The notes under the pieces were generated by a model. It searched no databases and was not told where the DNA came from. It saw only the letters and a list, made by a program, of their open reading frames with translations. 64,000 bases of DNA from Yuukianura sp. NJ FZ-2021 (taxonomy: Eukaryota): NCBI GenBank assembly GCA_046563655.1, contig CM102290.1:5580001-5644000 (forward strand), in the 5' to 3' direction. The position numbers and the translations under genes were made by a program. The number at the start of each line of letters is the position of its first letter. Position 1 is the stretch's first letter. Positions 17,526 to 30,752 of the stretch are shown piece by piece.

Positions 17526-20500
17526 CAGAGGAGTTGTAGCGTAGTGGAGGACGCTAACCGCAGAAGGAGCGACCGTTGAAGGCAGAGTGTGGTTCATTCC
17601 TTCAATTGGTTTAATTTCTCCTAATTCTTGTGCGAAAGAGAGGAATGCAGAATTGGGAAGTCCCAGGCCTATTTTTAGGACAGAATTCCTCAGTCACTCT
17701 CAAGTCTCAATTCTGCCACAATTTAGGATTTCCAGGGAGAGTCATGTTTGAGTCGCCTGAGTCACCTTGACTCACTGAGTCACTTACATTTTTAACTGTG
17801 ATTTTAACTAATGACAATAGTTAGTCATGACAATGTTCTAAGACAGTTCCAGGCTGTGGGGAAATGAATATGATCGATCAAGTTAAATGAAACTTTAGAT
17901 GAATTCCTGCAGTGATGTTCACACGAAAGTAGTAACACAATTTCAAAATTTTACTCATTTTTTAAAAATAATTTTGAAAAGTTAATTTTTTTTAGGAGTT
18001 GGCATTATTTTGAAATTTTGAAACTGGATTACGGAAGAATCGAAACTTGGAAATGAAATGAACTCCAGTTAATTTTTGCCACTGTCAAATAATTAAATTA
18101 AAATTAGAATAATTATAATCACAAATTTTATTAGAATTTAATTAATTTTTTGTTTTGCGAACTCTTTGTTGTGAATAACACTGGAGAAGTGCTGAAAGTT
18201 GAAAATACTGCTCAAATATTTATATAGAAATCCACTCCTCTGCTCCTGTATACCCCATTAAAAGCATAAGCGTAGCCATGCAGGTCAACATTAGATTGAC
18301 CCGACAGGTCAGCAGATTGACCTGCAGGTCCATGCTAACTGTAAATTGCCCATTAATAATCCCTCTCATTTGGATGCTTGTGCGCTGTTTGGATTTGAGA
18401 GTGTTTGTGCCTAACCTTTCCCTAGTTTTCCTTATGCACTGTGCGCATTGTGGCTGAACTGGACAGTACTTTTGGCCGTTGGACATGCCGAGATTAGTGA
18501 TTAACGGTCACTAGGAGGGAATTGAGAGATGCCGTTGGACTATAGTAAAGAGTGTCCGTTGGCCACCATCTCTGGCCACTTTTTGGCAAACTGTCCTGCC
18601 CCATGCTCAAGCTAGGGGAGGGATCCAGCCATGAGTCACTTGTGCAAAATAATTGCGAATCACCCTCCTCGTCTCCATGATTCACTTTCCAAACATGCCA
18701 CTCCACTCTCAAACCCAGCCAGCCGCCCAAATCCCAACGAACTAAGTGTCCCACCAACGATCCAAAGTGTCCGTGTCAAGGGCTCTGAGCCCTTGACATG
18801 AACAATTGAGGTGTGAGATGGTTTTTTTGGAGGAAGCGTCGTGATTGGTGAGCGTGAGACGTGGCTGTCCTTGGTGAGCAGCATGTCGGCCTCACATATA
18901 GGAGAGAGAAAAAGACTGACGTGCAACAAAGTGACCGCCCGAGTCCAGATCTCCCTCCTATGCAGAGTCACCGAAGTGTCTAATTGTAAGTCCTACGATG
19001 ACTTCGTGTCAGCTCCTCCAGTTGTGCCTGACGTGGCCAAGGTTCAGTGCGTGAGTGAAGCGAGGCTTTGGCGAAGTGGTTCACAAGAGAGGGAAAGTGG
19101 TGGAGAGATGCCACGACGCCAGGAGGAGGAGATTCGCCACAACTATTTTGCAAACCCCTCTCAGCTTTTTTGCACACGCAACCTCCCAACGAAACACGCA
19201 GAAGAACCCCTCCGCATTAGCACGATTTGCGCAGTGAGACTGGCGCCTACCAACTCCCATTCTCCGTCTCCCACTTTTTTTGCAACACAAAGGATTCGCA
19301 ACCACTTTCCGCACAATCCCTCTGCACTGGACAAACTAATCCCTCGCACCAAGGGCCCCCTCACTCCACTCAAGGGCCCCTCGCCTTCCCAACACCTATT
19401 TCAGTTTTTATGCCAAAGTGCCAAAGTAGAAAGTTGGCAAAGAAAGGTCTCTATGGTTGAAAATGGATGTTTGTTTTGGTGGGGAAATGGAAATGGGGAA
19501 TACCCACTCTAATCCCCACTGGGCATTGAGGAGCAAAAGTGAAAGTAAGTTGGTCAATATGGAGAAAATTTCAACTTCCCACTTTAGGAAAGTGGGAAAT
19601 TGAGAGGTGGCTTACCTGCCCTATTGTCCCCTGTCCAATTGACCAAAGAATGGCGGTGGGAAGTGGGGCTGCGTGGGGTGGGTGAGAGAGAGTTTGGCGT
19701 AGGTGCGTCCAGTGCGAGGTGCGTTGCGTTACTGACAGTAGTGTTTACGTTGTGTGTTGTGGAGAGCGTTGCTGAGTTGCGACTGGGAGTGCGAGGTGGA
19801 AAGTGGAACCTAAGTTGTTGGGAGGGCAATGACCGGAGAGCTTGTCCTCCTCCCTCCTCCTCCCTCTCCCGCCAAATTCCAAGGAGGACATGAGGGAGGG
19901 GAGTCCTACCCGCTTTGCTCGCTCCTCCGCGTCACCCTCCCTCCTCCTCCCTCCCAAAACAATGAACAGTCTCAGGCTAAAGACCTCTAATTAAACATGG
20001 ACTCCCTCTCACATCAATGTCCAACATATGCAGTAACCTACGACACTCTCCTGTCCCAAATCCACCCCAAGTGGGGCCCAAAGTGGCTCACGAGGTCAAT
20101 GCCTCCGTGCCCTTCAACTCCCCAGGTGGGACGCACTAATTAAGTTCACCAATAGTAGTTATTGATGGAACTTAACTTTATTTTGTCTCTTTTTAGAACC
20201 TACTTTTTGTTTTCGTCCTTTTCTCGCTTCAATGGCGACGCTTATATGGAAAAACTCAATTTTTCAAAAACACTTTCTCCATTATGTTTGTACACAAAAT
20301 TTCAAAAAATTGATAATTTCTATTGATATAATAATTGATGGAGGCGACTGGAATTGTTTTCAAATTGGAAAAGTGGGTTCTAAAAAGAGATAAACTATAC
20401 CAAAAAATATTTACTAAAAACCCGCGAAATATTCAAATATTAAATATTTTTCATCAAAAACCTCAAAATATTTACTTAATTAAAAAAAAATTAGCATTAA

Positions 20501-23069
20501 GGGCATGGGAAAATCAATAAAAATTTAGTAATAAAAAAGCGAAAAATATTGATTTGGTTAACATTACAGGCATGGGAACTAAATATTTTTGGCATGTCTA
20601 AAACTCACCTTGCCCCACCAGAGTGTCAGTTGTTGACATGGTCCATGGTGCTGTCCCAGTTGTTGACATGGGTGCTGTGCTGGATTGGAGTGGAGATGGT
20701 TTGTTTTTGGGATTGAAGATGTGTGTGACTAATGTTAGTGTGTGTGATGCAGTTTGAAGTTGTGAAGAAGCGTGGAGAAAGTTGGTTTGGAGTGATGGAT
20801 TTGTTGGTTGAAGAAGCCGTGAGAGGGGGGATGTTGTGTGGGGGTGGGTGACACGTGGGGAGTTCATTGCCCCCTCCCTCTCCACGTGGAGCAGGAGGAA
20901 GATGGGAGGAAACACATCTCTCACAATCCCACCCTCCGACGCATCTTCCCTCTCAGGAGTCATTGACCTCCTCCACCAACCTCCTCCAGCACAAGTCCAG
21001 GAGTGACCTCTACTCCTGGGTCACCCCTTCATTTGTACCCAAAACTAAGGCGCGTGGAGCCACAAACCCAGACCCAGCGCCTCATCTCCAACGGCTGAGG
21101 CTCCTTCAAACGGTTCCTCACATCCTCCACTCAAACCATACTCTAAATTTAACTAAATCAAAAAGTGTAACTAAAAAGTGTAAAACAGAAAACATGAATT
21201 TACCCGCCCCGTCAAAATTTTGACCCGGCGGGTCAAAGGTCGGATCCGCCCATATTCCGTGTCTCTCGTACAAAGCGGCCTGAAGACGACGGAAGTGAAG
21301 GCACGTGTGGTCCACATCGATTTTTGGGAAGTGGAGAAAGCAGAGGCAGAGAAGTTCCCTCCATCTCCAGCACCGTGCTAGGACGGTAGAGTGTTTCCAG
21401 CACCGTGCGGAGTGCTGCCACGGTCCCTCAAGTCGCAGTCTCCAAGGCCTTTTTGGCGCAGAGATACGACGCAGGTCAAGTCCCACCAAAAACCTTCACC
21501 TACAAACTCCTCTCAAAGTTCCTTACCTTTTCGTCTCTCAACGTCACCTCAGGAATGCTGCCAACTTGGAATGGGGCCCTTAAGGGCTCATGACACGAAT
21601 TCGTTTGTTATGCTCGTGCCTCTTCGTACAGAATTGGACTCCAAGGCTTTCCAGACACGTCCAGGCTACAAATTGAGTTGGAGGAAGAGGTGTGGTGGCC
21701 CCGGGGCATGGCGATGGCCACTCTTTGGCTTTTTGCAGGGCTCCTTCCGCTCATTGTCTTCTCTATGCTGCAGCCCAGTCACACTTCCGCTTCTCTTCTG
21801 TCCTTCTGACCTCCGACCTTTAACTTTTGTTTTACATGAAAAATTGATGTTATTTAATAAAAATGTAATGTATGCGTTTTTGTATGTTTTGGGTGATGGA
21901 GGAATGTATTTTGAAGGAGATGCTTTGAGCGGTGGAGGAAGACTCAGTTTGTGTGAGGAGGGAAGGAGGTGCGTGTGAGTGAGAAGGGCATTGACCTCCT
22001 GGCAACAAACTCCTCCAGAAAGGGGGGGGGGGTCTCACGCACATGACTTCAACCCCCCCCCCCCCTGCTCTGTCAACAAATGATGATGGACCGTGGATGT
22101 GAATGTATGTGGGAGGTAAGGAAAGTGTGTGGGTCAAGGCCTGGAGAACCCGTGTATGATACCTGGAGTGCTGGAATTCTGGAGTTTAATTCTGGTTGAA
22201 GTGAGTTCCTGTTGCAATGGATGGAAAAGAGTGAAAGTGTCTTCAACTCTGCATCCGCACTGGGTTCGTTGCCCTCGCTGAGCCATGCACACGCTACGTC
22301 ACCAATCTCACCAAACACAAGCATCTTTTGTTGTGTCTCCTTGGGGAGATGCAGTTCCCACTGTTAGAAATGGACAAGAAACAGACTTTGGACGTGAGTG
22401 TGGATGAATTCTGGAATTAGTCTCAGTCTCTGGAACTCGGACACGCACCCTTCGCATCTTCAACATGACATGTCTCAATCAGGTCACACATCTCACTCCA
22501 ATAACACGCGTAGAGTCACCTTCCTCAAGTTCCGCTTCTATTTTCACCACGCCAAACCATAGCATTTCTGCATTTTATTTGAACGGTGGGAAGAACAACG
22601 CCTGCCACCTCCACTTGCTTGCTGCACTTATGAGGAAATGCATGTAATTGGCGGTAGAGGGCGGAAGGTATTTACTTTTGGACATTTCAAATCTCACAGT
22701 GTGAGATTCTCACATGGCCATTCCAGGCTTGGACTTTGAACTTTGATCTCTGACGTGCGTGTGTAGGAAGTTTTGAAGGCTATCAAGAACACTATGGAGA
22801 GGTATCAAGCCCATTAAAATCCTAACCGGCTGTTTCTTTACAATTTTTTTGTTGCAATTGACTTCACGTAAAAAACTAAGCACAAAGTTTTTACTAGGAA
22901 GTTTCTCGTTAAGGTCTCGTTTCTACAGTGTTGTCTAAATTTCATTGTTGAAAAGTTTTTTTTTTCATTTCACTGGAACAAAAAAAAAACTTGTACTTTA
23001 CCAAGGTAAATAGAATAACACTAGGTAGTGCGAACAGAAAGTTTGTTAGGTTACCACGGCATTTTTTTA

Positions 23070-23207
23070 TGACGTCACTCGTTGAAAAATACCGTAATCG
23101 GCAGCTTATTATCCGAGGCGCGTATCTAAACATCAAACGGTAAATGGGTTTCTATAGGATACCATCATTATTCCCCGAATACCGGTATTTTTCAACGAGT
23201 GACGTCA
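23070..23207. repeat. Perfect 25-bp inverted repeat (probable MITE core or foldback)
   Basis: TGACGTCACTCGTTGAAAAATACCG (23070-23094) and CGGTATTTTTCAACGAGTGACGTCA (23183-23207). Confidence 0.8.
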
Positions 23208-24592
23208 CAAACAAAAGCTGGCGTTGGTTGCTACGGGGGCTGAACGCAGGGGGCTGGTACTTTACTAGTTTTCAAAACAACAAATATTGCAGAACTGTAT
23301 TATAAGTAATAAATTTCATCCAATTCTTTTCCGGGGGTAATAGTTCCGAGAATTGAGGCTGAATTCCCACGTTGGATAGCTATACTAATTCGTTGTAGAA
23401 GGAAGGCGGTTGACTTCGGTTCGCCAGTGTAATCAGTAATACGATGTCCAATGGATTTGATGAGTTTTAAACCTTCGACCCCGAAGTAAAAAAAAACTGA
23501 AATAAATGAAATAAACTGAAAAATAAAAAAGAATTTAAAAAAATTTAGGAAGGTGTTTGTGCATTATTTTGTTGTTCTATTAAAAAATCAAAATTTAAAA
23601 AAAAATAAGTGAAAATAACTGCCCAGTTTCATTTGTTTTTTTTTACTTCACTGGAACAAACTGAAATAAAGTAAAAGAAATTGAAATATTTCGTTGAAAT
23701 ATTTCAGCTTATCAGTAAAATAAATTAAAGAAGTTGAAAAGGTTTATTTTGCTTGATGTATATTTCAGTTTGTTTTTCATTTCACTTTCACTTTTTTTCA
23801 CTGAAAATATTTCAAACGTATCTAACATTGCGTCTCTAGTAAGTTTTTTTGATACCGAACGGACTTAGCAAGACGTCGTTTCTACTAAATTTTTTGGGAC
23901 TTGCTTTTTAAAAATAATCGTTTTGCACAGAAGTAGTTTCCGACTTTTAAAAAGATGGTCAAGGACACTCCTTTTATTCGAGAAAATTTCCTTGGCGGTT
24001 TTTTCAAAACTCGGGAACTACTTATGTACAGAACGATAGTAACTTGGTTTGTAACCGCTTGATTATTTGTGAGACGATGAGAGATTTTGTGGTAGTGTAA
24101 CCCCTCCATAGTGATGGAGTGATATGGATAGAAAAGTTGGTGTTTTCCTCGTCCACTGTGTTTTCTATTGTGTTGTGTCTTGGTCTTCGGCGGCTCGAGA
24201 AAGACGTCATCTGTATCTAAACTAATCAGTATCATCAAATTGTAGTGACCAGCGGCCTTCAACTGCTCCGTCCCTTCGTTATTCTACACGTCGTCTCCCT
24301 GGTCACAGGGTCCCTTCAACCTCTTTCACTTCCGCCAAGGCATCGTGTAAGTAAATTCACTCACCGGTTCATCATCCAGCTGTTGACAATAACTTTTACC
24401 CAGTCCTTTTCCCATTTCTTTACCCGTGTTCACTCAATTCGTTGACATTTGACGTCATTCCAACTCCTCAATTTTGAAACGTACTTTGTAACTTGGTTGT
24501 TTATTGTTTCAGGAGTAAGGATTTCTGTCCAGACAGTCCAGAGCAAGGGACAACAGAATCGATCTAGGGAAGCATAAAGGAAGAAGATCAAG

Positions 24593-27500
24593 ATGGCTGA
24601 AGCACATTCGGCCGTAGCTTTCAGTTTCTCCGTCACTCACGAAGGGGTCAATGCTCACTTTGACCGAGAAGTGCTCCATCTCATTTGGTTGTCTGGAGTT
24701 CGTTCCTGGAGGAAACGTCTCAACCGGATCGTTGTAAGTTCGTTTCCACAACGTTTTGTCCTTTGGGAACGCAGTGGGTTGGAATTGGAAAAGGTTTCGG
24801 GTTAACGTGATACTTTTAGCCTTGGTCGGGTTAATTTAGTTCAACTGATGCTGTAACGAGGGAGGGTGTGTACAATTGAGTATGAATGGGAACTTGTCAA
24901 CTTGAGCATCAATTCATTTGCAGAGCTGAATGATGAATGGACAGTCTGGATGAGATGAGTTTTAGTTGGAAGAGGAGAAAGTGTGTCTGTGAGAGGAGTG
25001 TCAAGTCCAAAGTCCAAAGTAAAAGTTGCCTAATTGAAAGTGAGTTCCCATCCTTGGCCCCCTTGGAGTGCCCCCCATGCAATGGGCAATGGTCTACGTT
25101 GATTTCAATGGCAAAATGAGGTCAACGCTCAAAGTTCATTTTAGCAGATCTAGGCGGCATCAGATTCCGTTGGACTTTGGACTCCTTATGCCTTGACGCG
25201 TCTTCCTCTTCAGATGATGCAGTCTCTCTTCATCTGCCAGTATCTTCACAGTCCATTTAGCTTCGTCAGTGGTCACAACACTCCCAATTTGTACTGCTCT
25301 GCCCTGGGCTGGATTCAGTGACGATTTATATAAAAACATTACCCTATTTATCGGCGTATAACGCGCACTCGTGTATAACACGCATTCAAATATCATCATT
25401 TGAATCATTGAATCTCGAGAGTTGTTGTGATTGGAAGTGGCATGGAGTCCAGTGGAGTCCTGGACATTAGTGTCCAGTTCCACAAAACACTTGTTACTCT
25501 CGTCTACTTTGTGCATGTGAGTCTTGGAATGACGTTGTTAAGCGGTTATTCCAGAAGTGTGGCGTTTGTGTGTGAGATTAATGTTTGATGCGTCTGATTA
25601 GAGAATGGAGAGGCATTAGCTACCATTGTATCCAATCACAATTCACAATTGAATGTTTGTTTTTGCAGAGCAATGTGCGATGTGGAATTTACCCGGGATC
25701 CATGTCCAGCCTCGTCGTGTCGGTGGGAACGCTGAGTTCTCTTCACTACGGAGGATACGATCCAACTTTCGGCTTCATCCCGCTTCTCCAGCGACATTTG
25801 CCCAGGTAAAACGCTGCTCATCGTGGTCATGGATTGGTGCTGGAAAGCTAATTCTTGTTTTCTCAATTATGTTTCCAGTGGTAGTGCTGGCGAAGCGATG
25901 AGTGTGTCAATTGCTGGAGTGACAATTTGGTCATCAGCCATCTTCGCTGCTAGGACTCTGCTCAAGCTACTCTTCGGCTACCAAGGTACATTCTAAACTT
26001 GTAAAATGTAAAAATGTAAATATAAAGTTGTCAATTTAGTTTATGTAACTTGTAAACTTTTTTTGTGAAGGTTGGATGTACGAGGAGCGCGGAAAAGGCC
26101 GAAGCGTATCGCTGTTCACTCGGCTATGGATTCTTGGCGTCAGATTTTTGTCTGGCTGGAACAAGCCGATGCTGTACAGCTTCCAGGGCTCCCTGCCGTC
26201 CCTCCCTCTGCCCACCGTCAACGACACCATGACACGGGTAAGACCTGGCATTATTATTATTACTACTAACTAGTATATATTAATACATAATTAGTATTAT
26301 ATAATATAGCAGTTGGGATTATGCTCATGTGATTTGGTGTAATTGTATTCTGTTGTGTTCAGTACCTTCGGTCCGTGCGCCCTCTCATGGATGATGCCAA
26401 CTACGCCCGAATGCAGAAGTTGACCAAGGAATTTGAGGAGGGGATTGGTCGAAAACTGCAGCGATATCTCTTCCTCAAGTCATGGTCAGCGTTACAAATT
26501 AGTTCTATCATTAAGTTATTATTTACATTACAATTATTTATTTAATATTTACATGTATTTATTGTGTTTGTTCATTGTTTCCTTGCGTAGGTGGTCGACT
26601 AACTACGTGAGTGACTGGTGGGAGGAGTATGTGTACCTGAGAGGGCGTTCCCCACTCATGGTCAACTCCAACTTCTACGGCCTGGATGCCATTCTGCGTC
26701 ATCCAACCAACAACCCGGCCGCCCGAGCTGCCAATGTCACCTACTCCTGCCTCATGTTTCGACGGGCAATTGAGCGACAGCAACTGGAACCTGTAACTAC
26801 TCCCACTTTCATCCACACAATTCCAATCAAAATCCTAAGAATATTCTTGTATTTTATCCTTTTGCAGATCATGGTCCAGGGCTTAGTGCCGCTTTGCTCC
26901 TGGCAGTACGAGCGTGTGTTCAACACGACTCGCATCCCCGGGGAAGAGACGGATCGGATTCAGCATCTTGGGGACAGCACGCACATTGCAGTGTACCACC
27001 TAGGGAAGTACTACCGAGTGCCAATTGTGCACAAGGGAAGGACTCTCAAGCCACCGGAGCTCCAGCTCCAGTTCCAGAAAGTCCTGGCGGACAAGGAGTC
27101 GAAACCGGAGAAGGGGGAGGAGAAACTAGCTGCTCTCACGGCAGCAGACCGTCCGACGTGGGCTAAGACTCGGGCTCAATTCTTCTCCAAGGGAACGAAC
27201 CGGGCCTCCCTCGACGCCATTGAAAAGGCAGCCTTTGTCCTCGTCTTTGACGATGAAGAGTATCTCTACGACGTCGTAAGACACAAATTCTTAATTAACC
27301 AAGAATTATTAATTAATTCAATTGATGATTAATTTGTATCTGTCTTTGATAGGATGAACCGAGTAAGCTCAACCATTTTGCTAGAAGCATGTTGCACGGA
27401 AAGGGATTTGATCGCTGGTTTGACAAGTCCTTTACAGTCGTCATCGGGAAAAACGGACGGGTAAGATTTGAACTTGTGTTATGTAGAGGTCAGTGGTCAC

Positions 27501-30440
27501 GTCATTACATCAAATTACATAAGTTGGAAAAACATAAGCCATACATGGAAATACATGATGTAATTGATGTTTGATGTAATGACGTGGATTTGGGAGAGTA
27601 TTTGATTGGTTGTTTGCTTTCAGATGGGGTTCAACTCTGAGCACTCGTGGTAAGGAGTATGCCCAGTGACTCTGGATAAGTGATTTGAATTTAGAGTGCC
27701 TAATACTGTGATTGATAAAGGGCGGATGCAGCAGTACTATCGCATATGTGGGAATTCGTCATGTCAGAGGATCTCCTTGTCATGGGGTAACCATCCTCCA
27801 CCTCTCCCGCACTTTTCAAAACGAAAGCTTCTTCTGCCTCCTTGCCTTTTCATTTCCCGTCCTTAAGGGTTCGCACAACGTTCCCAAACATTTTGTCGCA
27901 GCACATCTTCTAACATGTCAAACAAATCTTGTCAAAACGTAGTTCATTTTTTGAACCCTGCACATGAAGTAGGGTTTCCGGGGTGTTAAGAGGACAGTAG
28001 CTGTAGGCAACCTAACCATACAATTTTTAAGGGCCCACCCGACTTAAAGAGTGAATGTGGAATGACAGGGTACTGCTGATGAGAGAGATGCGAGTTGACA
28101 GAAGATGATTTGAAATGGAGATCTGTGATTGGTACAGGGCAGATGCACCCATTGTAGGCCACGTCTGGGAGAATTGCATCGCAGATGAATATGTTCATGG
28201 GTAAAGTCTCTCTCCAATCTCTGTGTGTGCTCTTGGGTTCCAGTAATAACGCAGTGTTGCTGGATGGATAAAATATTTATTCCACTCTCCTCCAAAGTGG
28301 TGGGTATATCCGGATTTTAGTGGTTTCTTCCGGACGAACCTCAATTTCGTCCATCGGAAGCTGAAGCTGTATTTTATCCGGATTTATCCATTTATCCAGT
28401 GGATATAACCTGGATGAAATGCTAAAAACGTGGATATCCAGCAACACTACGAGTAACGTTTGTTTGTCTTAACAACTCATGTACTCCAGAATAACTTGAA
28501 TTACAACCTAATCACTATCCAAGCATGGTCAGTTAACGATCCCCCTGTGTCACTCGTTTTGCTTTCCTCTTGACGCTGCCTTGGCTTTGGACGCTTATAC
28601 TCACGTTGTGTTTGGAGTGATTTTGATTCATGTGTTGTTTTTTCCAGATATGATGCGGAGGGGAACACAGTGGGGAAGCCGGAGAGGAGTGACCTGCCGA
28701 ACCCCAGTCGTCTCAAGTGGGAGATGCCTCCGGAGTGTGTGGAGGTCATCGAGTACTCGTCGCAGTGTGCTTTGGCTCTGTTGAACGATGTGGACTTGGA
28801 GATTTTAGTCCACAATCCCTATGGCAAGGGATTCATGAAGACTTGTCGTGTGTCACCCGATGCCTTCATCCAAATGGCTCTTCAACTCGCCTACTTCCGC
28901 GTAAGTCGTATTTACGTTTTTAGTTTTTTTACGTATTTACGCAAATCTGACACTTTTGGATCTGTCTCAATGTGTTTTTGAACGAGCAAGTGAAATGGTC
29001 AAACTAATTTGGTCAAAAAGTGAAAATGTCAACCATTACAGATAGTAGATTAGGGTACGCTTTGTTGTATGTGATGTTCTCACTTTTTGACGTTTTCACT
29101 TTTTGACCAAATTGTTTTTGACCATATTACATTTAACTGTTTTTGGAAATGCAGGATGCCGGGAAGTTCAACTTGACTTACGAGGCCTCGATGACGCGTC
29201 TGTTCAAGGAAGGACGGACTGAGACCGTTCGGCCATGCACTATCGAGTCCTGTGCCTGGGTTCACTCAATGGAAGATCCAAATGCCACGGTGAGTTAAGT
29301 CATTTGTGTTTTGAGCGTTTTAGGAAGTGGGAGTAACTACTTGTTTGATTGGTAGAACGAGGAGCGAATCAAATGTCTACGCAAAGCCTGTGCTCGACAT
29401 CAGCTAGGCTATCAAGATGCAATGTGCGGCAAAGGACTGGATCGTCATCTTTTCTGTCTCTATGTCATCTCTAAATATTTGGAAATCGATTCACCATTTC
29501 TCAAGGTAGGTTTCCACTGCACCAATGTTGAAATATTTATTTACAAACGCCTATAAAGGACTTTGCGTTATAAATAATTTATAGAATTTATAGTTTATAG
29601 AATTTATAGTCAAGTCCCGCCTTTTGCCACCTCCTCCTGCAACCCATTTTGGTACGGCTACTGCAATTGGTCTGTTTCAAATCTGTAACGCCACTTCCCA
29701 AACTTATGGAAATTATGAGCCACGTTTATAAATTTTATAAATCCCAATATTTTGAAAAGTGGCAACAAATGATTACCTGCCGTAAATTCTATAATTTGAA
29801 AAGTGGCAACAAATGATTACCTGCCGTAAATTCTATAATTTGAAAAGTGGCAACAAATGATTACGTGCCGTAAATTCTATAATTTTTTTTATCCATTCCT
29901 ATAAATTCTATAATTTAAATGAATTCTATACCTTCTATAAATTCCATAATTATTTGTATTTTTATAAATTATTTATAACGCAAACTCCTTATTTAAACCT
30001 CTTTTTTCAGGAAGTTTTGAGTGAACCGTGGCGGCTGTCCACTTCTCAAACTCCGCATGGCCAAACATCGCGCCTTGACCTCACCGTGCACCCAGACTGT
30101 ATTTCTGCTGGAGGTGGATTTGGGCCAGTGGCAGACGACGGGTATGGAGTGTCCTACATCATTGCTGGAGAAGACATTATCTTCTTCCACGTTTCTTCCA
30201 AGAAGAGCTCTCCAGAAACCGTAAGTTACTCCTTCCTTTAGTTGTATTGTAATTAATTAGTGTGATACATTGTGAGTTGTTGTCCAGAACTCGGCAAGAT
30301 TTGCTGGGAACATCGCCAAGGCGCTCAAGGACATGCGGGACTTGTTCAGCGTTCCAGCACAGAAGAAGGATAGTTCGGAGGTGCTTCAGGGGTGGAATCA
30401 AGTCGTGGTGGATGGGGATGTGAAGATTGTGACTAACTGA
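24593..30440 (+). CDS. CPT1: Carnitine O-palmitoyltransferase 1 (withered orthologue); exons ~24593-24733, 25670-25805, 25879-25985, 26072-26237, 26363-26484, 26591-26792, 26868-27274, 27353-27460, 27624-27649, [27721-27786 OR 28138-28200], 28648-28900, 29155-29289, 29356-29505, 30011-30220, 30288-30440
   Basis: [13 protein letters not shown]-terminus, [48 protein letters not shown], catalytic [43 protein letters not shown]. Confidence 0.97.
28253..28448. mobile_element. Small TIR element (hAT-like MITE) in the CPT1 intron after alternative exon B
   Basis: AGTGTTGCTGGAT ... ATCCAGCAACACT termini with internal TGGATA/TATCCA repeats; no clean TSD. Confidence 0.6.
28988..29130. mobile_element. 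AAAAGTGAAA/TTTCACTTTT inverted-repeat MITE family; second copy at ~59825-60172 in the intron of SDR gene 2
   Basis: GTGAAATGGTCAAA..GGTCAAAAAGTGAAAA ... TTTTCACTTTTTGACCAAATTGTTTTTGACCA. The same architecture occurs at 59825-60172. Confidence 0.6.
29752..29885. repeat. 45-bp tandem repeat x3 in a CPT1 intron
   Basis: TTTGAAAAGTGGCAACAAATGATTACCTGCCGTAAATTCTATAAT three times, near-perfect. Confidence 0.9.
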
Positions 30441-30752
30441 ATTGTGATGTTAGCCCAAAGAGTACTTGGTATTTAGTCTACGCTGTAACACAAGTATTCC
30501 CAAGAGTATTGAGATTGGGTTCGTGGCAACAATTACACAAAAAGGAAATAAGGAATTCTTCAATTAAATCGCATTAGCTAAAGTTCAAATGGAAGTTTAT
30601 TGAAGCACTTTTGTGCTTATGTCACAGATCAATACTAAGTATCCAACTTAACCTATAGGTATTAGCCAGCTTCTTAAAAGGTACAAATTCTTACATAACT
30701 TTCCAATTGATACTTTCAAGTCTAGTAATTTTGAAAGCGTAACACTTTTCGT

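Noticed and set aside
18841..19512. 223-aa plus-strand ORF
   Set aside because: Non-ATG start, no recognisable homology, no supporting exon chain; likely a chance ORF in GC-balanced non-coding DNA.
21391..21978. 195-aa ORF and overlapping ORFs near 21.1-21.6 kb
   Set aside because: No consistent frame, motif or splice pattern.
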